From Ruminococcus sp. (GTDB taxonomy: Bacteria > Bacillota > Clostridia > Oscillospirales > Ruminococcaceae), in contig JAJQEI010000050.1 of the NCBI GenBank assembly GCA_021201755.1, positions 56,110-120,109 on the forward strand: a stretch of DNA of 64,000 bases. The letters run 5' to 3'. Of this stretch, positions 29,777 through 40,826 are shown in pieces; position 1 is the stretch's first letter; each line of letters starts with the position of its first letter. The notes under the pieces were generated by a model that ran no database searches, was not told the DNA's origin, and saw nothing but the letters and a program-made list of their open reading frames with translations. The translations under genes were made by a program, and so were the position numbers.

Positions 29777-31207
29777 TTAGTTTATATCGCTAATTAACGA
29801 TTGATACAATGTTATATAAGATCTTGCTGAAACATCCCAACTAAAATCACACTGCATTGCATGTCGTACCAATATATTCCAACTTCGCTTGTTCTCGAAC
29901 AGCTTATAAGCACGCTTGACTGCATCAAGCATATCATAGGCTTCATACATTTTGAATGTAAAGCCGTTGCCGTTATCACCCCCTGCGTCGTTTACAGTAT
30001 CTTTCAAGCCACCAGTTTCTCGTACAATTGGAATCGTACCGTAACGCATAGCAATCATCTGCGCCAATCCACAAGGCTCGTTCTGCGATGGCATGAGAAA
30101 GAAATCGGCACCTGCGTATATTCGACGAGACATTGCAGGACGAAATCCCAATATAACGTGTACTTGATCTGGATAAGTTGCTTGCATCTCTTGGAAAAAA
30201 TCTTCGTAGAGTTTTTCACCACTTCCAAGTATAACAAAACGAAAGCCAATTTGAATCAATTCTTGGAATGATTGTTGGATTAACTGAATACCTTTATGTG
30301 CTACAAATCGAGTAACAATGCCGATTATCGGCATTTCTGTATCCGGTAAGCCACATTCCTGTAAAAATGCTTTGCGACAGTCTTTTTTTCCTTGTAATTT
30401 AGAAGATGTGTAATTTTTAGCGATTTCCGGATCTGTCTCTGGATTATAACTTTGTGTATCAATTCCATTTAGAATACCCACAATACCGTCTTGACGTCGC
30501 ACAAGTTCTCGATCCATGCCGTAGGCGTACCATGGGTCAAGAATTTCTTTTGCATACGTTGTACTGACAGTAGTCACTTTATCGGCTGTTTCAATGGCAC
30601 CTTTCATCAAGTTCACCATGCCATCATATTCCAACAGATTTGTGTAGTAGGTAGGAATACCCATCAGTTCTGTAATAATTTCTTTGCCATAAACACCTTG
30701 ATATTGGATATTATGAATGGTATAAACAATCTTGATATTCTCAAATTCTTGGTGATATTTGTATAAAACTTGGTAGAACACAGGTATCATCGCCGTCTGC
30801 CAGTCGTTACAATGGATAATATCCGGTTTCCAATTTAGTATCGGTAGAATTTCCAATACTGCACGACTAAAAAAAATAAACCGTTCGGCATCATCATAAA
30901 ATCCATACATTCCATCTCGCATGAAATAGTTGGGATTATCCAGTAAATAATATGTTACGTTGTTTTCTTGAATGGTATAAACACCGCAGTATTGTTTTCG
31001 CCACCCTACTTCCACGATGATATTTTTTAAATAAGTCATTTTGTTTCGCATATCTGGTGTTACCGATTGGTATAGTGGCATAACAATACGACAGTCTATA
31101 TCCTTATCTTGTCGTATAATTGTAGCCGGCAATGAACCACACACATCTGCTAGTCCACCGGATGCTGCAAACGGTCGTGCTTCGCTGGAAGCAAATAAAA
31201 TTCGCAT
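29777..31207 (-). CDS. glgA: Glycogen synthase
   Basis: EARPFAASGGLADV, HCNDWQT, TIHNIQYQG, EPCGLAQM. Confidence 0.96.
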   Translation of the reverse strand: MRILFASSEARPFAASGGLADVCGSLPATIIRQDKDIDCRIVMPLYQSVTPDMRNKMTYLKNIIVEVGWRKQYCGVYTIQENNVTYYLLDNPNYFMRDGMYGFYDDAERFIFFSRAVLEILPILNWKPDIIHCNDWQTAMIPVFYQVLYKYHQEFENIKIVYTIHNIQYQGVYGKEIITELMGIPTYYTNLLEYDGMVNLMKGAIETADKVTTVSTTYAKEILDPWYAYGMDRELVRRQDGIVGILNGIDTQSYNPETDPEIAKNYTSSKLQGKKDCRKAFLQECGLPDTEMPIIGIVTRFVAHKGIQLIQQSFQELIQIGFRFVILGSGEKLYEDFFQEMQATYPDQVHVILGFRPAMSRRIYAGADFFLMPSQNEPCGLAQMIAMRYGTIPIVRETGGLKDTVNDAGGDNGNGFTFKMYEAYDMLDAVKRAYKLFENKRSWNILVRHAMQCDFSWDVSARSYITLYQSLISDIN

Positions 31208-31354
31208 CTCTTTTTTTCCTTTCCATAACAAACAAGTTTCGCTTATTGCGATATCTTTTTCGTAAAAAACTGCCACAAGAACCGCTAACAGAATGCGGAT
31301 CACATTTCTGTAAAATGGCAGCTCGTTGCAGCAGTCTAAAATTTTATTATACGT

Positions 31355-32479
31355 TTAAATTTTTGCCCATTTTCCCAGATACAGCGGATAATCCGATGAA
31401 CCGGTCAAAACACGATTTTCTGAAATAGTAACATTTTTATCGGCAATGATGGCATCTAGTGAACAGCCATCTCCAATGACCGTTCCTTGCATAATAACAC
31501 TATTGCGAACAACCGCACCTTTTCCGACTTTTACACCCCTAAACAAAATACAATTTTCCACTATTCCCTCTATCATACAGCCGTCTGCGACAAGCGAATG
31601 CTTTACGTTGGACTCTAAACCATATTTTACCGGAGCATTATCGCCAACCTTGGTGTAAATCGGTGCATTTTTGGTAAAAATGTTATTTCGAATATCCGAA
31701 TTTAGTAAAGCTAAATTAGCTTTATAATAAGCTTCTAGACTGTCAATTTTGAAGAAATGTCCTTTGTGTTCATAGGCCTTAAAGACAAATTCATCTTTTC
31801 TCGCTTGCAAAATATCTCGGATCAAGCTTTTTTGGCTTTTGCTCAATGCTTCTGCTACAACCTGTTTCAAAAATTTTGTACTCATAATAAACATATCCAG
31901 TTCGATATTACATTCGCCAGAAAGCTGTGGATTTATCAAAACTTCTTTCACAGTATTCTCTTCATCAAGTTGCAAGATACAGCCGTTGATATTCTTATCC
32001 TGATTGTATAAACCCTTTGCGTAAATCACAGTAATATCTGCACCAGATGTTTGATGTTGTTTCAACGCATCTGTAAAATCAATCATCGTAATAACATCAC
32101 AGTTTGCCAAAATGACATATTCTGCTCTTGTATTTTCAACAAAACTCCAAATATTACCCAATGCATCCAAGCGTCCTTGGTATGTTCCACCACCTACTTG
32201 GCTGAATGGCGGCAGTAGATGCAAGCCACCATTTTTTCGTGCTAAATCCCATTCACGACCTGATCCTAAATGATCTAATAAAGAACCATAATTAGACTTT
32301 GTGATAACGCCAACCTCTGAAATGCCAGAGTTTACCATATTGGATAATGGGAAATCCATAGTCCGATAACGACCACCGTAAGGAATGGATCCCATGGTAC
32401 GAAGCTTTGTTAAATCAATGACTGCAGAATCATTGATGCTTGCAAAAATTAACCCTAGTACTTTTTGATTAATGCTCAT
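31355..32479 (-). CDS. glgD: ADP-glucose pyrophosphorylase subunit GlgD
   Basis: GSIPYGGRYR, SLLDHLGSGREWDL, left-handed beta-helix tail. Confidence 0.94.
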   Translation of the reverse strand: MSINQKVLGLIFASINDSAVIDLTKLRTMGSIPYGGRYRTMDFPLSNMVNSGISEVGVITKSNYGSLLDHLGSGREWDLARKNGGLHLLPPFSQVGGGTYQGRLDALGNIWSFVENTRAEYVILANCDVITMIDFTDALKQHQTSGADITVIYAKGLYNQDKNINGCILQLDEENTVKEVLINPQLSGECNIELDMFIMSTKFLKQVVAEALSKSQKSLIRDILQARKDEFVFKAYEHKGHFFKIDSLEAYYKANLALLNSDIRNNIFTKNAPIYTKVGDNAPVKYGLESNVKHSLVADGCMIEGIVENCILFRGVKVGKGAVVRNSVIMQGTVIGDGCSLDAIIADKNVTISENRVLTGSSDYPLYLGKWAKI

Positions 32480-32493
32480 ATTTTTCACCACCC

Positions 32494-33696
32494 TTATAAA
32501 TTTTCAGAAATGATTTCTTTCGGGAGTACACGCTTTCCGGAAGAAACTGTAATGTTGTGTCCCAAAACGGCAATGCCCCAATTTTCTCGATCCGGAACCA
32601 TTTCCGGACTCATGCCAATCATAGCATCTGATTCTACAATGCAATCTTCTCCAATAATGGCGTATTCCACCACCGCACCTTTTTTGATTGTGCTGCCAGG
32701 CATCACAATGCTATATTTCACCGATGCACCCTCTTCAATTGTAACACCAGCGGAAATAATCGAAAAGTCCACTGTGCCATCAACAACACTGCCTTCCGTA
32801 ATCATAGAATTTTCCACATGAGCATTTTCACCAATATACTGCGGTGCCATATTTTCATTACGAGAATAAATTTTCCAACTTGGATCATACAAATCTAACG
32901 GTACATTAGGACTGAGCAAGTCCATATTTGCTTCCCATAAACTGTCCAATGTGCCGACATCTTTCCAATACCCCTCGAATTCATAGGCAAAAAGACGCTC
33001 ATTATTTTCCAACATTGCAGGAATAATATCTTTACCGAAGTCCTTAGAACCGGTATTAGCATTTTCGTTTTCAACCAAATACTTTCGTAGCTTATTCCAT
33101 GTAAATACATAAATTCCCATGGAAGCCAGCGTGGATTTTGGTTCCTTTGGCTTTTCTGTAAAGTCAACCACTCTGCCCTTTTCATCGCAAGTCATGATAC
33201 CGAAACGTGATGCTTCGGAACGTGGAACATCGATAACTGCAATCGTACTGTCTGCTTCATTGTTGATATGATAATCCAGCATTTTAGAATAATCCATTTT
33301 GTAAATATGATCGCCTCCTAAGACGATAACATATTCCGAATCATATCGTTCGATAAACGGTATGTTTTGATAAATTGCATTTGCTGTACCTTCATACCAA
33401 GATGCACCAGCAGCTGTTTGGTAAGGCGGCAAAACGTGAATACCACCATGCATTTTATCGAGATCCCAAGGCTGCCCGTTCCCGATATACTCATTCAACA
33501 CCATTGGCTGATACTGCGTCAGCACACCAACTGTATCGATGCCAGAATTGATGCAGTTAGAGAGTGGAAAATCGATAAAACGATTTTTTCCACCATAGGG
33601 GATTGCTGGTTTTGCGACCTTTTGTGTTAATGCGTAGAGTCGACTGCCTTGACCACCGGCTAACAGCATAGCCACACATTTCTTCTTGATCTTCAT
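32494..33696 (-). CDS. glgC: Glucose-1-phosphate adenylyltransferase
   Basis: [39 protein letters not shown]. Confidence 0.96.
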   Translation of the reverse strand: MKIKKKCVAMLLAGGQGSRLYALTQKVAKPAIPYGGKNRFIDFPLSNCINSGIDTVGVLTQYQPMVLNEYIGNGQPWDLDKMHGGIHVLPPYQTAAGASWYEGTANAIYQNIPFIERYDSEYVIVLGGDHIYKMDYSKMLDYHINNEADSTIAVIDVPRSEASRFGIMTCDEKGRVVDFTEKPKEPKSTLASMGIYVFTWNKLRKYLVENENANTGSKDFGKDIIPAMLENNERLFAYEFEGYWKDVGTLDSLWEANMDLLSPNVPLDLYDPSWKIYSRNENMAPQYIGENAHVENSMITEGSVVDGTVDFSIISAGVTIEEGASVKYSIVMPGSTIKKGAVVEYAIIGEDCIVESDAMIGMSPEMVPDRENWGIAVLGHNITVSSGKRVLPKEIISENL

Positions 33697-33736
33697 GAAC
33701 TTTCCTCCTGTCCATATACCTTAAATTCTATATTGT

Positions 33737-35746
33737 TTAATTGATTGATTTTGACTCTATTTCTGTTGCATGAACAGTTGTTATTACCGACGTCGCTTTT
33801 TTCGGTTTTACCGATGCTTTTGTAGTAGTTGATTTGCGTGGCAGACGTTTTTTCTTCGGAACATATTGTAGATAAATTACAGAAAGTGGAGCTAATGTCA
33901 AAGAAATACACTGCGGTAAATTATGCATTTCAAAAGGTAACGTTTCTACTTTTTCTTCAGTAACTCCACTCCCACCATAGGCAGGATCATCTGTGTTAAA
34001 AATCAACTTGTAAGTGCCCTCAAAAGGAACACCAATTTTATAATCATTACGCTGTACCGGACAGAAATTGCATACTGCGATGATTTCATTTTCATCGTCG
34101 TCAATTCGACGGAATGCAATGACGCTTTGTTGATAGTCATCATGAGAAATCCAACTGAATCCCTGCCAAGAATCGTCGTTTTGCCAAAGTGGTGAATGAC
34201 TCAAATAAAAACGATTTAAATTTTGCGAGAACAATTCCATTTGCTTGTGCAACGGTTGTTCCAATAAATTCCAATCAAGTTCTGATTCGAAATTCCACTC
34301 TTTTTTCTGTGCGAATTCTTGTCCCATAAATAATAATTTTTTTCCGGGATGTGCCATCATATACCCTAAGAATGCACGATAAGATGCAAATTTTTCTTTT
34401 TCTGTACGACCACTCATTTTTTGCAGCATAGAACATTTTCCATAGACAATTTCGTCGTGAGAAATAGGAAGAATATAATTTTCTGAAAAACAGTAGAAAA
34501 ATGAAAACGTTAACTTATCGTGATTATATGCCCGATAAATTGGATCCAATGAAATATAACTGAGCATATCATTCATCCAACCCATATTCCATTTAAAATT
34601 AAATCCAAGACCACCAATGTCTGTAGGCTTCGTCACCAGTGGCCAAGCAGTTGATTCCTCTGCAATCATGAGAATATTTGGATTTTGTGCAAATACTGCC
34701 TCATTTAATCGGCGTAAAAAGTCAACCGCCTCCAAATTTTCGTGACCACCGTATACGTTTGGACGCCATTGTCCATCTTGTCTGTCGTAGTCCAGATAGA
34801 GCATAGAAGCGACTGCGTCTACTCGTAAACCATCTACGTGAAAGTCATTCAGCCAACAGCAGGCACTAGAAATCAAAAAAGAGCAAACTTCTCCTTTTTC
34901 ATAATCAAAAACTCTCGTACCCCAACCTTTGTGTTCCATTTTCAGTGGATCTGCATATTCGTAACAATAAGAACCATCAAATTCACAAAGTCCCATAGGA
35001 TCTTTAGGAAAATGTGCAGGAACCCAGTCCAGAATCACACCAATATTTGCCTGATGAAACATATCTACCATCTTACGAAAATCATCCGGTGTGCCATGTC
35101 GAGAGGTAGGTGCGAAATATCCAGTCACTTGGTATCCCCATGAACCATCAAAAGGATATTCTGTCAGTGGCATAAATTCAATATGCGTATAAGACATCTT
35201 CTGTAGGTAAGGGATAATTTCTTGTGCAAAACCAATATAGCTCGGGAATTTCTCCTCTTTATGCCGTTTCCAAGAAAAAATATTTACCTCATAAATATTG
35301 ATTGGACTTTTATAGGGTGTAATTTTTTTCTTATTCGCAATCCATGCAGTATCCTCCCAAGTGTAGGAACTTTCAAACACCTTCGATGCCGTACCTGGAC
35401 GTCGCTCATAGTGCGTACCGTAAGGATCTGCTTTGTCAAGAATTCGTTCATCTTTGGATTCGATGCTGTATTTATAGCTGTCGAATTGTTTCAAGCTAGG
35501 GATTTTTGCTTCCCAAATACCATCTGCAATTCTCGTCATTGGATTTTCCTTCCGATCCCAATGGTTAAAATCACCAATAACAGAAACACTCTTGGCTGTT
35601 GGTGCCCACACACGGAAACGATAATATAAAGTGTCTCCTTGTTGAAAAGAATGTGCGCCAAAGAATTGATGCGCTTGATAATTCTTCCCTTGATGAAATA
35701 GGTAAAGTGGAAAATCGTTCTCATTGGATTGTTGCGTTGAAAGCAT
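33737..35746 (-). CDS. glgB: 1,4-alpha-glucan branching enzyme
   Basis: WGYQVTGYFAP, LDWVPAHFP, GLRVDAVASM, AEESTAWP. Confidence 0.97.
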   Translation of the reverse strand: MLSTQQSNENDFPLYLFHQGKNYQAHQFFGAHSFQQGDTLYYRFRVWAPTAKSVSVIGDFNHWDRKENPMTRIADGIWEAKIPSLKQFDSYKYSIESKDERILDKADPYGTHYERRPGTASKVFESSYTWEDTAWIANKKKITPYKSPINIYEVNIFSWKRHKEEKFPSYIGFAQEIIPYLQKMSYTHIEFMPLTEYPFDGSWGYQVTGYFAPTSRHGTPDDFRKMVDMFHQANIGVILDWVPAHFPKDPMGLCEFDGSYCYEYADPLKMEHKGWGTRVFDYEKGEVCSFLISSACCWLNDFHVDGLRVDAVASMLYLDYDRQDGQWRPNVYGGHENLEAVDFLRRLNEAVFAQNPNILMIAEESTAWPLVTKPTDIGGLGFNFKWNMGWMNDMLSYISLDPIYRAYNHDKLTFSFFYCFSENYILPISHDEIVYGKCSMLQKMSGRTEKEKFASYRAFLGYMMAHPGKKLLFMGQEFAQKKEWNFESELDWNLLEQPLHKQMELFSQNLNRFYLSHSPLWQNDDSWQGFSWISHDDYQQSVIAFRRIDDDENEIIAVCNFCPVQRNDYKIGVPFEGTYKLIFNTDDPAYGGSGVTEEKVETLPFEMHNLPQCISLTLAPLSVIYLQYVPKKKRLPRKSTTTKASVKPKKATSVITTVHATEIESKSIN

Positions 35747-36118
35747 AAGTATTTCCTCCTTTGGCAGGGTAGAACTTGACTAAATACAGATCATATAAAC
35801 GTTAGACCGTGAAACAAGCTTGATGAAAATTTGCTTTCTTCATCGAATGATATAAAAATCTAATTAAAATCATCAAGATTTTTTTCACTTATTTCAAAAA
35901 ACATCATATCTCGCATTTTTGGCTTTTTGAGACAAGTCAAAATTTATATGAATTTGACAAAATATCAAAAATAATTCAACCTTACCATTTTTTATCCTTT
36001 TTTATTTTAGCATAAAAAGGCACACTTTACAAGTCTAATTTATGGATATTGATAAAATTTATATGAATGTATAGTTTTACTCATGAAAATTTGTATAATT
36101 TGAACAACAGATAAAAAA

Positions 36119-38362
36119 TTAAGCTGGAAGTAGTTTTGCAGCGCAAACTGTAACATCGTCTCGTCTTGTACCGCCAGCAAAGATAGCGGACTTGTCACAA
36201 ATTTCTGTGACAATTTGTTCTAAGCTGCCGTTTTGTTCCAGAAGCTGGCGAATGAAAGGATAAGTGTCCTCACTGACACCATCAGACAGCATCAATATTA
36301 TATCGTTTGGGCACAATGCGACACGTCGAACGGATGCTTCTCCCTCTGGTTCTAATCCCAGGGGAAAGATTTGAGCACTGATACGGGAAACTTTATCGGC
36401 ATGAAGAATCAGCGTTGCTGCTGCACCAGATTTCATAATTGTAAGTTCTCCGGCGTCTAGATCGAATTGTGCCACATCTAGTGTAGCGAATGTTTCCTGT
36501 GGTGATTTGGTCAAGAGCAGTCCATTCATCATGCGTACTGCTGCCATACCAGTAATGCCACCGTTTACAAATTTTCGAAACATTTCAGTTGTCATACGTG
36601 ATTTAACTGCTGCATTTTTCCCAGTTCCCATTCCGTCAGACAAAACCAAATACGGGTTACCGGAGCAGTCGGTAAAGAGAATTGATGTATCACCGGAGAT
36701 GGTTTCTTGACCTGCGTGTAGGGCGGAGGAATAATGTTCCAGTCGATACTTCGGACGTTGGCATAGTCGATAGCGTACGGTTTCGCCAGAATAGAATGGT
36801 TCAAGTTCTTCCAGTGTCATATTCAGCGTTTCAGATAGGATATGACGGATGGTGGGCATACATCCATTTAATTTCTTTCCAATACAAGTTAATTCAATCA
36901 TCATGCGATCTGCAACTGTATAATATACAGCTGCTGTATCACATGGATAACCATAGTGCATCATCCGACGACGAACGCTTTCTGAAAGCTCGGCACTATA
37001 GCGAATATGTATTTGCGTTCCGGCAGCTTGTAGCAATTCTTCCGCAGCTGTGAGCTGTTCAAAGAGTACGGTGCGACTTTCAGCAGTATGCGCAGCGAGA
37101 AATTGTGCTTTCCGTTGTTCCGAAGCCAATTGTGCAAAGAGACTTTGCAATCGTTCTATACGAGTACAGTAAGAGAGTTCTTTTGGCACCGGTGGAAGTG
37201 AAGCAGCATGATGCGACTGCATTTTATAAAATCCAGATAGCGTTCGTTCATATTCCGACTCCCAGCAGCGTAATTTATTGCAACAACTGCCACAGACAAT
37301 CTCACAGACTTCCTTTGTTATATCACGGGGATATTCTTTTTGTGGGAGCAGATGTACAATGGCATCAGTATCCTCTCGCACATTGTGGATAGCGTCTGCC
37401 ATATGCCGTAGCTGCGTAGAAAGAGATTGTTCCGACGGCATTCTATTTGCAATATCAGTGATTATCCACTTATCGAGACAAGCAGCATCTAAAAATAAAA
37501 ATGCAATGCTGCCCAAGAATAAATCTACGACAGTAGAAAAAGTGAAGTATTCTGTTCCAAATGTAATCAGTGCCATAAGAGAAAACAGAAAGAATGTAAC
37601 TGTAATGACATAACGATTTTGAGAGGCTATATAACCTGCCAAAAGTCCACTAATAGGTAAAATCAACATAGGTAAACCATCAGCAGAGGAGCCGAGTATA
37701 ACACCACAAGCAGTAAGTGCACCACAGATGACACCACCGGATATACGAAATTTTCTAGCGACAATCAATGTAACAGCAACACCAATCAAGCATCCGGCAT
37801 TCATTGCCGGAATACGGTAACAGGACAGTGTGGCTGTCGTTAAAATTAACACCACAGCCGCTGCACATCCATCGGTTGAGTGCAGTGGAATTTTTCCATT
37901 CTTTCGAATACCAGTAAAAACGGCATACATGAAATAAGATGCACAACCGGTTAATCCAGCAGTCATGGTATAGCCAATCACTTGTGTACCACTTGCATGA
38001 ACCATGAGTGAAACGACGATTCCTGAAAAGAAAACACATAAACCGGTACTCCACATGATACTGACTGCTGATTTGGGCGGTCGTTTCAGAACCCGAAAGC
38101 AGACGATTATAACAAGTGCAAAGAGCAACGGCAGATTGTCTAAGATGGTGTGAAAGCATAAGTAAGAGAGCAAACTTCCTACCAAAACCGCCGTAGCACC
38201 AATAGAACTGAGATTAGCGGCAAGGGCAATGGGCAATGGAGAAGTCATTGACCCTACAGAAGTGCCAGCGAGAAGTAAACCAGCAAGGAATCCTCCTCCT
38301 GCCTCCAAAACGGTGTGCGGAATACGAGAGCTGCGCAGAAGATTGGTGTTTATACTTTGCAT
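36119..38362 (-). CDS. spoIIE: Stage II sporulation protein E (multi-TM plus PP2C)
   Basis: About 10 TM helices, the VC..C..K..CW Cys cluster, and PP2C motifs SGD, LSDGMGTG, ATLD, LSDG, DDVTV; the ORF is uninterrupted. Confidence 0.85.
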   Translation of the reverse strand: MQSINTNLLRSSRIPHTVLEAGGGFLAGLLLAGTSVGSMTSPLPIALAANLSSIGATAVLVGSLLSYLCFHTILDNLPLLFALVIIVCFRVLKRPPKSAVSIMWSTGLCVFFSGIVVSLMVHASGTQVIGYTMTAGLTGCASYFMYAVFTGIRKNGKIPLHSTDGCAAAVVLILTTATLSCYRIPAMNAGCLIGVAVTLIVARKFRISGGVICGALTACGVILGSSADGLPMLILPISGLLAGYIASQNRYVITVTFFLFSLMALITFGTEYFTFSTVVDLFLGSIAFLFLDAACLDKWIITDIANRMPSEQSLSTQLRHMADAIHNVREDTDAIVHLLPQKEYPRDITKEVCEIVCGSCCNKLRCWESEYERTLSGFYKMQSHHAASLPPVPKELSYCTRIERLQSLFAQLASEQRKAQFLAAHTAESRTVLFEQLTAAEELLQAAGTQIHIRYSAELSESVRRRMMHYGYPCDTAAVYYTVADRMMIELTCIGKKLNGCMPTIRHILSETLNMTLEELEPFYSGETVRYRLCQRPKYRLEHYSSALHAGQETISGDTSILFTDCSGNPYLVLSDGMGTGKNAAVKSRMTTEMFRKFVNGGITGMAAVRMMNGLLLTKSPQETFATLDVAQFDLDAGELTIMKSGAAATLILHADKVSRISAQIFPLGLEPEGEASVRRVALCPNDIILMLSDGVSEDTYPFIRQLLEQNGSLEQIVTEICDKSAIFAGGTRRDDVTVCAAKLLPA

Positions 38363-38541
38363 GACAGAAACATCCTTTCAAGATAAATATTAGGCATAGA
38401 AATGCCTTAAATATTATTATATAGGACAAGTTCAAAAATATCTGTCAGAATTGCTTGGAGTTTTTTTGAATATCACGATGGAGAATCGGTTACCAATTCT
38501 ACTTTCTGCTTTTCCAGTCTAATAAAAGAAATTCCCGATAT

Positions 38542-39642
38542 TTATATATCCGCAACTACATAATCTGCGCAGTTTCCTCCGTCGTGTGCATGACCAGTGA
38601 CAAGTACATAACCATTGAATGAATTTTTCCATTGTCGAATTTGTTCATCCGTGTAAGGCGTGACAAGCAAACATAATTCCTGTCTGTCACGATAACAACA
38701 GTTTTGTAATAAGTGAGAAATCACAGTGGGACAATCAAGTGTCAGTGCAGCTAAAAATTCCATCATATAGTGATAACCGCTGCTGCCACTGTTGTACGGT
38801 GTTTTCAGAATCATATTTTGCGAATCGTTTTCCCCGGCTATAAGTCGAATTGTCCAGCCTCCTTTGCATAACTCCCATAGACACTGGGCGCATACTCGAA
38901 TGCTATGCTCTAAAAGTAATTTATCCTGCGTCATTTTTCCAGAATCAGAGGATTGTGTCTGTAATGCTAATATTACTGTAATTGTTTGTTGTGCTGTTGG
39001 TTCTTCTTGTCGTACGAGAAGCCGTCCAGCGTGAGCAGAATCTTTCCAATGGATTTGGTGAATAGGATCTCCAAAAGCGTAATCTCTTATGCCAACTGGC
39101 AGACAGGGATCTGTAGACAGAGAAAAACAAACGGAATCCGTTCCAAAAGGCTGGCGCATTAGTTTCGGCAGCAGCAAACCAGCTTTAGTAAATCGCTTTG
39201 GAAAAATTTTAATAGTATTACCAGTATCCGATGCAGGTAAACTCAAGTGTACTGTGCCTAATAAATCAGTTGTGACAAGTACTACGTGTTCGACTTGATA
39301 AATCCCACGCTTTTGACATGATACTTTCCAGATACGGCGGATTCGTGCGAATCCTTTTACGGAGAAAAAGCCAGTGACAAAACGAAATTCTCCTGTGACG
39401 GCACAGTGGGTTTCTGGAAATTCTAGCCATTTTGGCACAGTCAACTCTGCTTTCAGCCACGGGACAGGAAGTATTTTAGCATTTTCCACCGTTTCGAAAA
39501 ATTCCAGTGTATCCCCCTCCGTTGCTTCTTGATCAGAAAATGCACAACGATAGGATAAGCCGTCTAATCCGTGTTTCCGATACAAGCGAATTTCTCCAAA
39601 CAAAATCAATAACAGAAGAACTGCACCGGCAACTAGTTCCAT
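38542..39642 (-). CDS. DUF58 family protein
   Basis: GIRDYAFGDPIHQIHWKDSAHAGRLLVRQEE; coupled to moxR. Confidence 0.88.
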   Translation of the reverse strand: MELVAGAVLLLLILFGEIRLYRKHGLDGLSYRCAFSDQEATEGDTLEFFETVENAKILPVPWLKAELTVPKWLEFPETHCAVTGEFRFVTGFFSVKGFARIRRIWKVSCQKRGIYQVEHVVLVTTDLLGTVHLSLPASDTGNTIKIFPKRFTKAGLLLPKLMRQPFGTDSVCFSLSTDPCLPVGIRDYAFGDPIHQIHWKDSAHAGRLLVRQEEPTAQQTITVILALQTQSSDSGKMTQDKLLLEHSIRVCAQCLWELCKGGWTIRLIAGENDSQNMILKTPYNSGSSGYHYMMEFLAALTLDCPTVISHLLQNCCYRDRQELCLLVTPYTDEQIRQWKNSFNGYVLVTGHAHDGGNCADYVVADI

Positions 39643-40580
39643 GTCGACTCCCTTGGCACAGGAACACGCTCTAGAATTTGTTGAACAATTTCTCTTGATT
39701 CCTTTCCACTGTCATCCCACTCACTTCCATGAATCACAAGACGATGTGCAATGCAGTCTACCGCAATCCACTTGATGTCATCCGGCGTAACAAAATTTCG
39801 TCCACGAATGGCAGCAGTTGCTTTGGAAATTTTTAAAAGTGCCAGCATACCGCGTGTACTAAGTCCCAATGAAATGTTATTACTACTTCGTGTAGCTTCT
39901 GCTAAATCCACAACATATTCACAAATCGCATCGCTTGCTTTGATATTGTCCAGTTCTTTTTGAGCAGCAAGAAGTTGCGAAATAGATATCACTGACTCTG
40001 ATTTTTTTAGTACTTCTCTTGATGATGTGAGGATCGCCATTTCTTGTGTGCGATTCGGATAACCGAGCGTTAAGCAGAGCATAAAGCGGTCAAGCTGCGC
40101 TTCGGGGAGTGGAAATGTCCCTTGCATTTCCACTGGATTCTGCGTGGCAATGACAAAAAAAGGTTCCTCCAAAGGATAGGTAGTACCATCAACAGAAACC
40201 TGATGTTCTTCCATACATTCTAATAGCGCAGATTGGGTACGTGGTGTAGCACGATTGATTTCATCGGCAAGAAGAATATTTGAAAAAACTGGACCCTTTT
40301 GAAATAAAAAAGTATTCGTTTTCGGATCAAAGATACTAACGCCGGTAATATCACCTGGGAGGAGATCAGGGGTAAATTGAATTCGGTGAAACTTGCCACC
40401 AAAGGAGATGGCAAGTTGACGAGCAAGGAGTGTTTTACCGGTACCGGGAACATCATTTAGCAGAACATGACCGCCAGAAATTATAGTGGCAAGTACTTTT
40501 TCGATGACATCATCTTTGCCAAAAAGATGTTTCGCAATAGAAGCCTTACAAGTAGAAGTGAGAGATTGTATTTGCGACAT
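39633..40580 (-). CDS. moxR: MoxR-family AAA+ ATPase
   Basis: DVPGTGKT, RIQFTPDLLPGD, LADEINRATPRTQSALLE, ATQNP, LPEAQLDRF. Confidence 0.95.
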   Translation of the reverse strand: MSQIQSLTSTCKASIAKHLFGKDDVIEKVLATIISGGHVLLNDVPGTGKTLLARQLAISFGGKFHRIQFTPDLLPGDITGVSIFDPKTNTFLFQKGPVFSNILLADEINRATPRTQSALLECMEEHQVSVDGTTYPLEEPFFVIATQNPVEMQGTFPLPEAQLDRFMLCLTLGYPNRTQEMAILTSSREVLKKSESVISISQLLAAQKELDNIKASDAICEYVVDLAEATRSSNNISLGLSTRGMLALLKISKATAAIRGRNFVTPDDIKWIAVDCIAHRLVIHGSEWDDSGKESREIVQQILERVPVPRESTWN

Positions 40581-40726
40581 AAAAAATCCTTTCACAATAA
40601 AATAATTGTTTTTATTATAACACGACGTATTGTATTCGTCAAGTATAATTTTATTTTAGTTCACGGAAAAATTTATAACAATTTATGGACTTTCATCGAT
40701 TAGATTACGCTCATGCTGAACGAATC

Positions 40727-40773
40727 AATAAAAACACCTGTTTTCACATTCTTGAAAAAAAGGTGTTTTTATT
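40727..40773. terminator. Terminator after the beta-helix lipoprotein gene
   Basis: aataaaaacacct...aggtgtttttatt. Confidence 0.75.
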
Positions 40774-40826
40774 TCCAGAGGTAAAAAAGAACATACAGTG
40801 CTCAGCACTGAAATCTACGCATTAAT

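Noticed and set aside
35750-35870. Structured glgB leader
   Set aside because: Only short 6-7-bp stems, as expected by chance at this AT content.
40635-40641. 0A box at the moxR promoter
   Set aside because: TGACGAA largely coincides with the -35 hexamer TTGACG, so it is easily a chance match.
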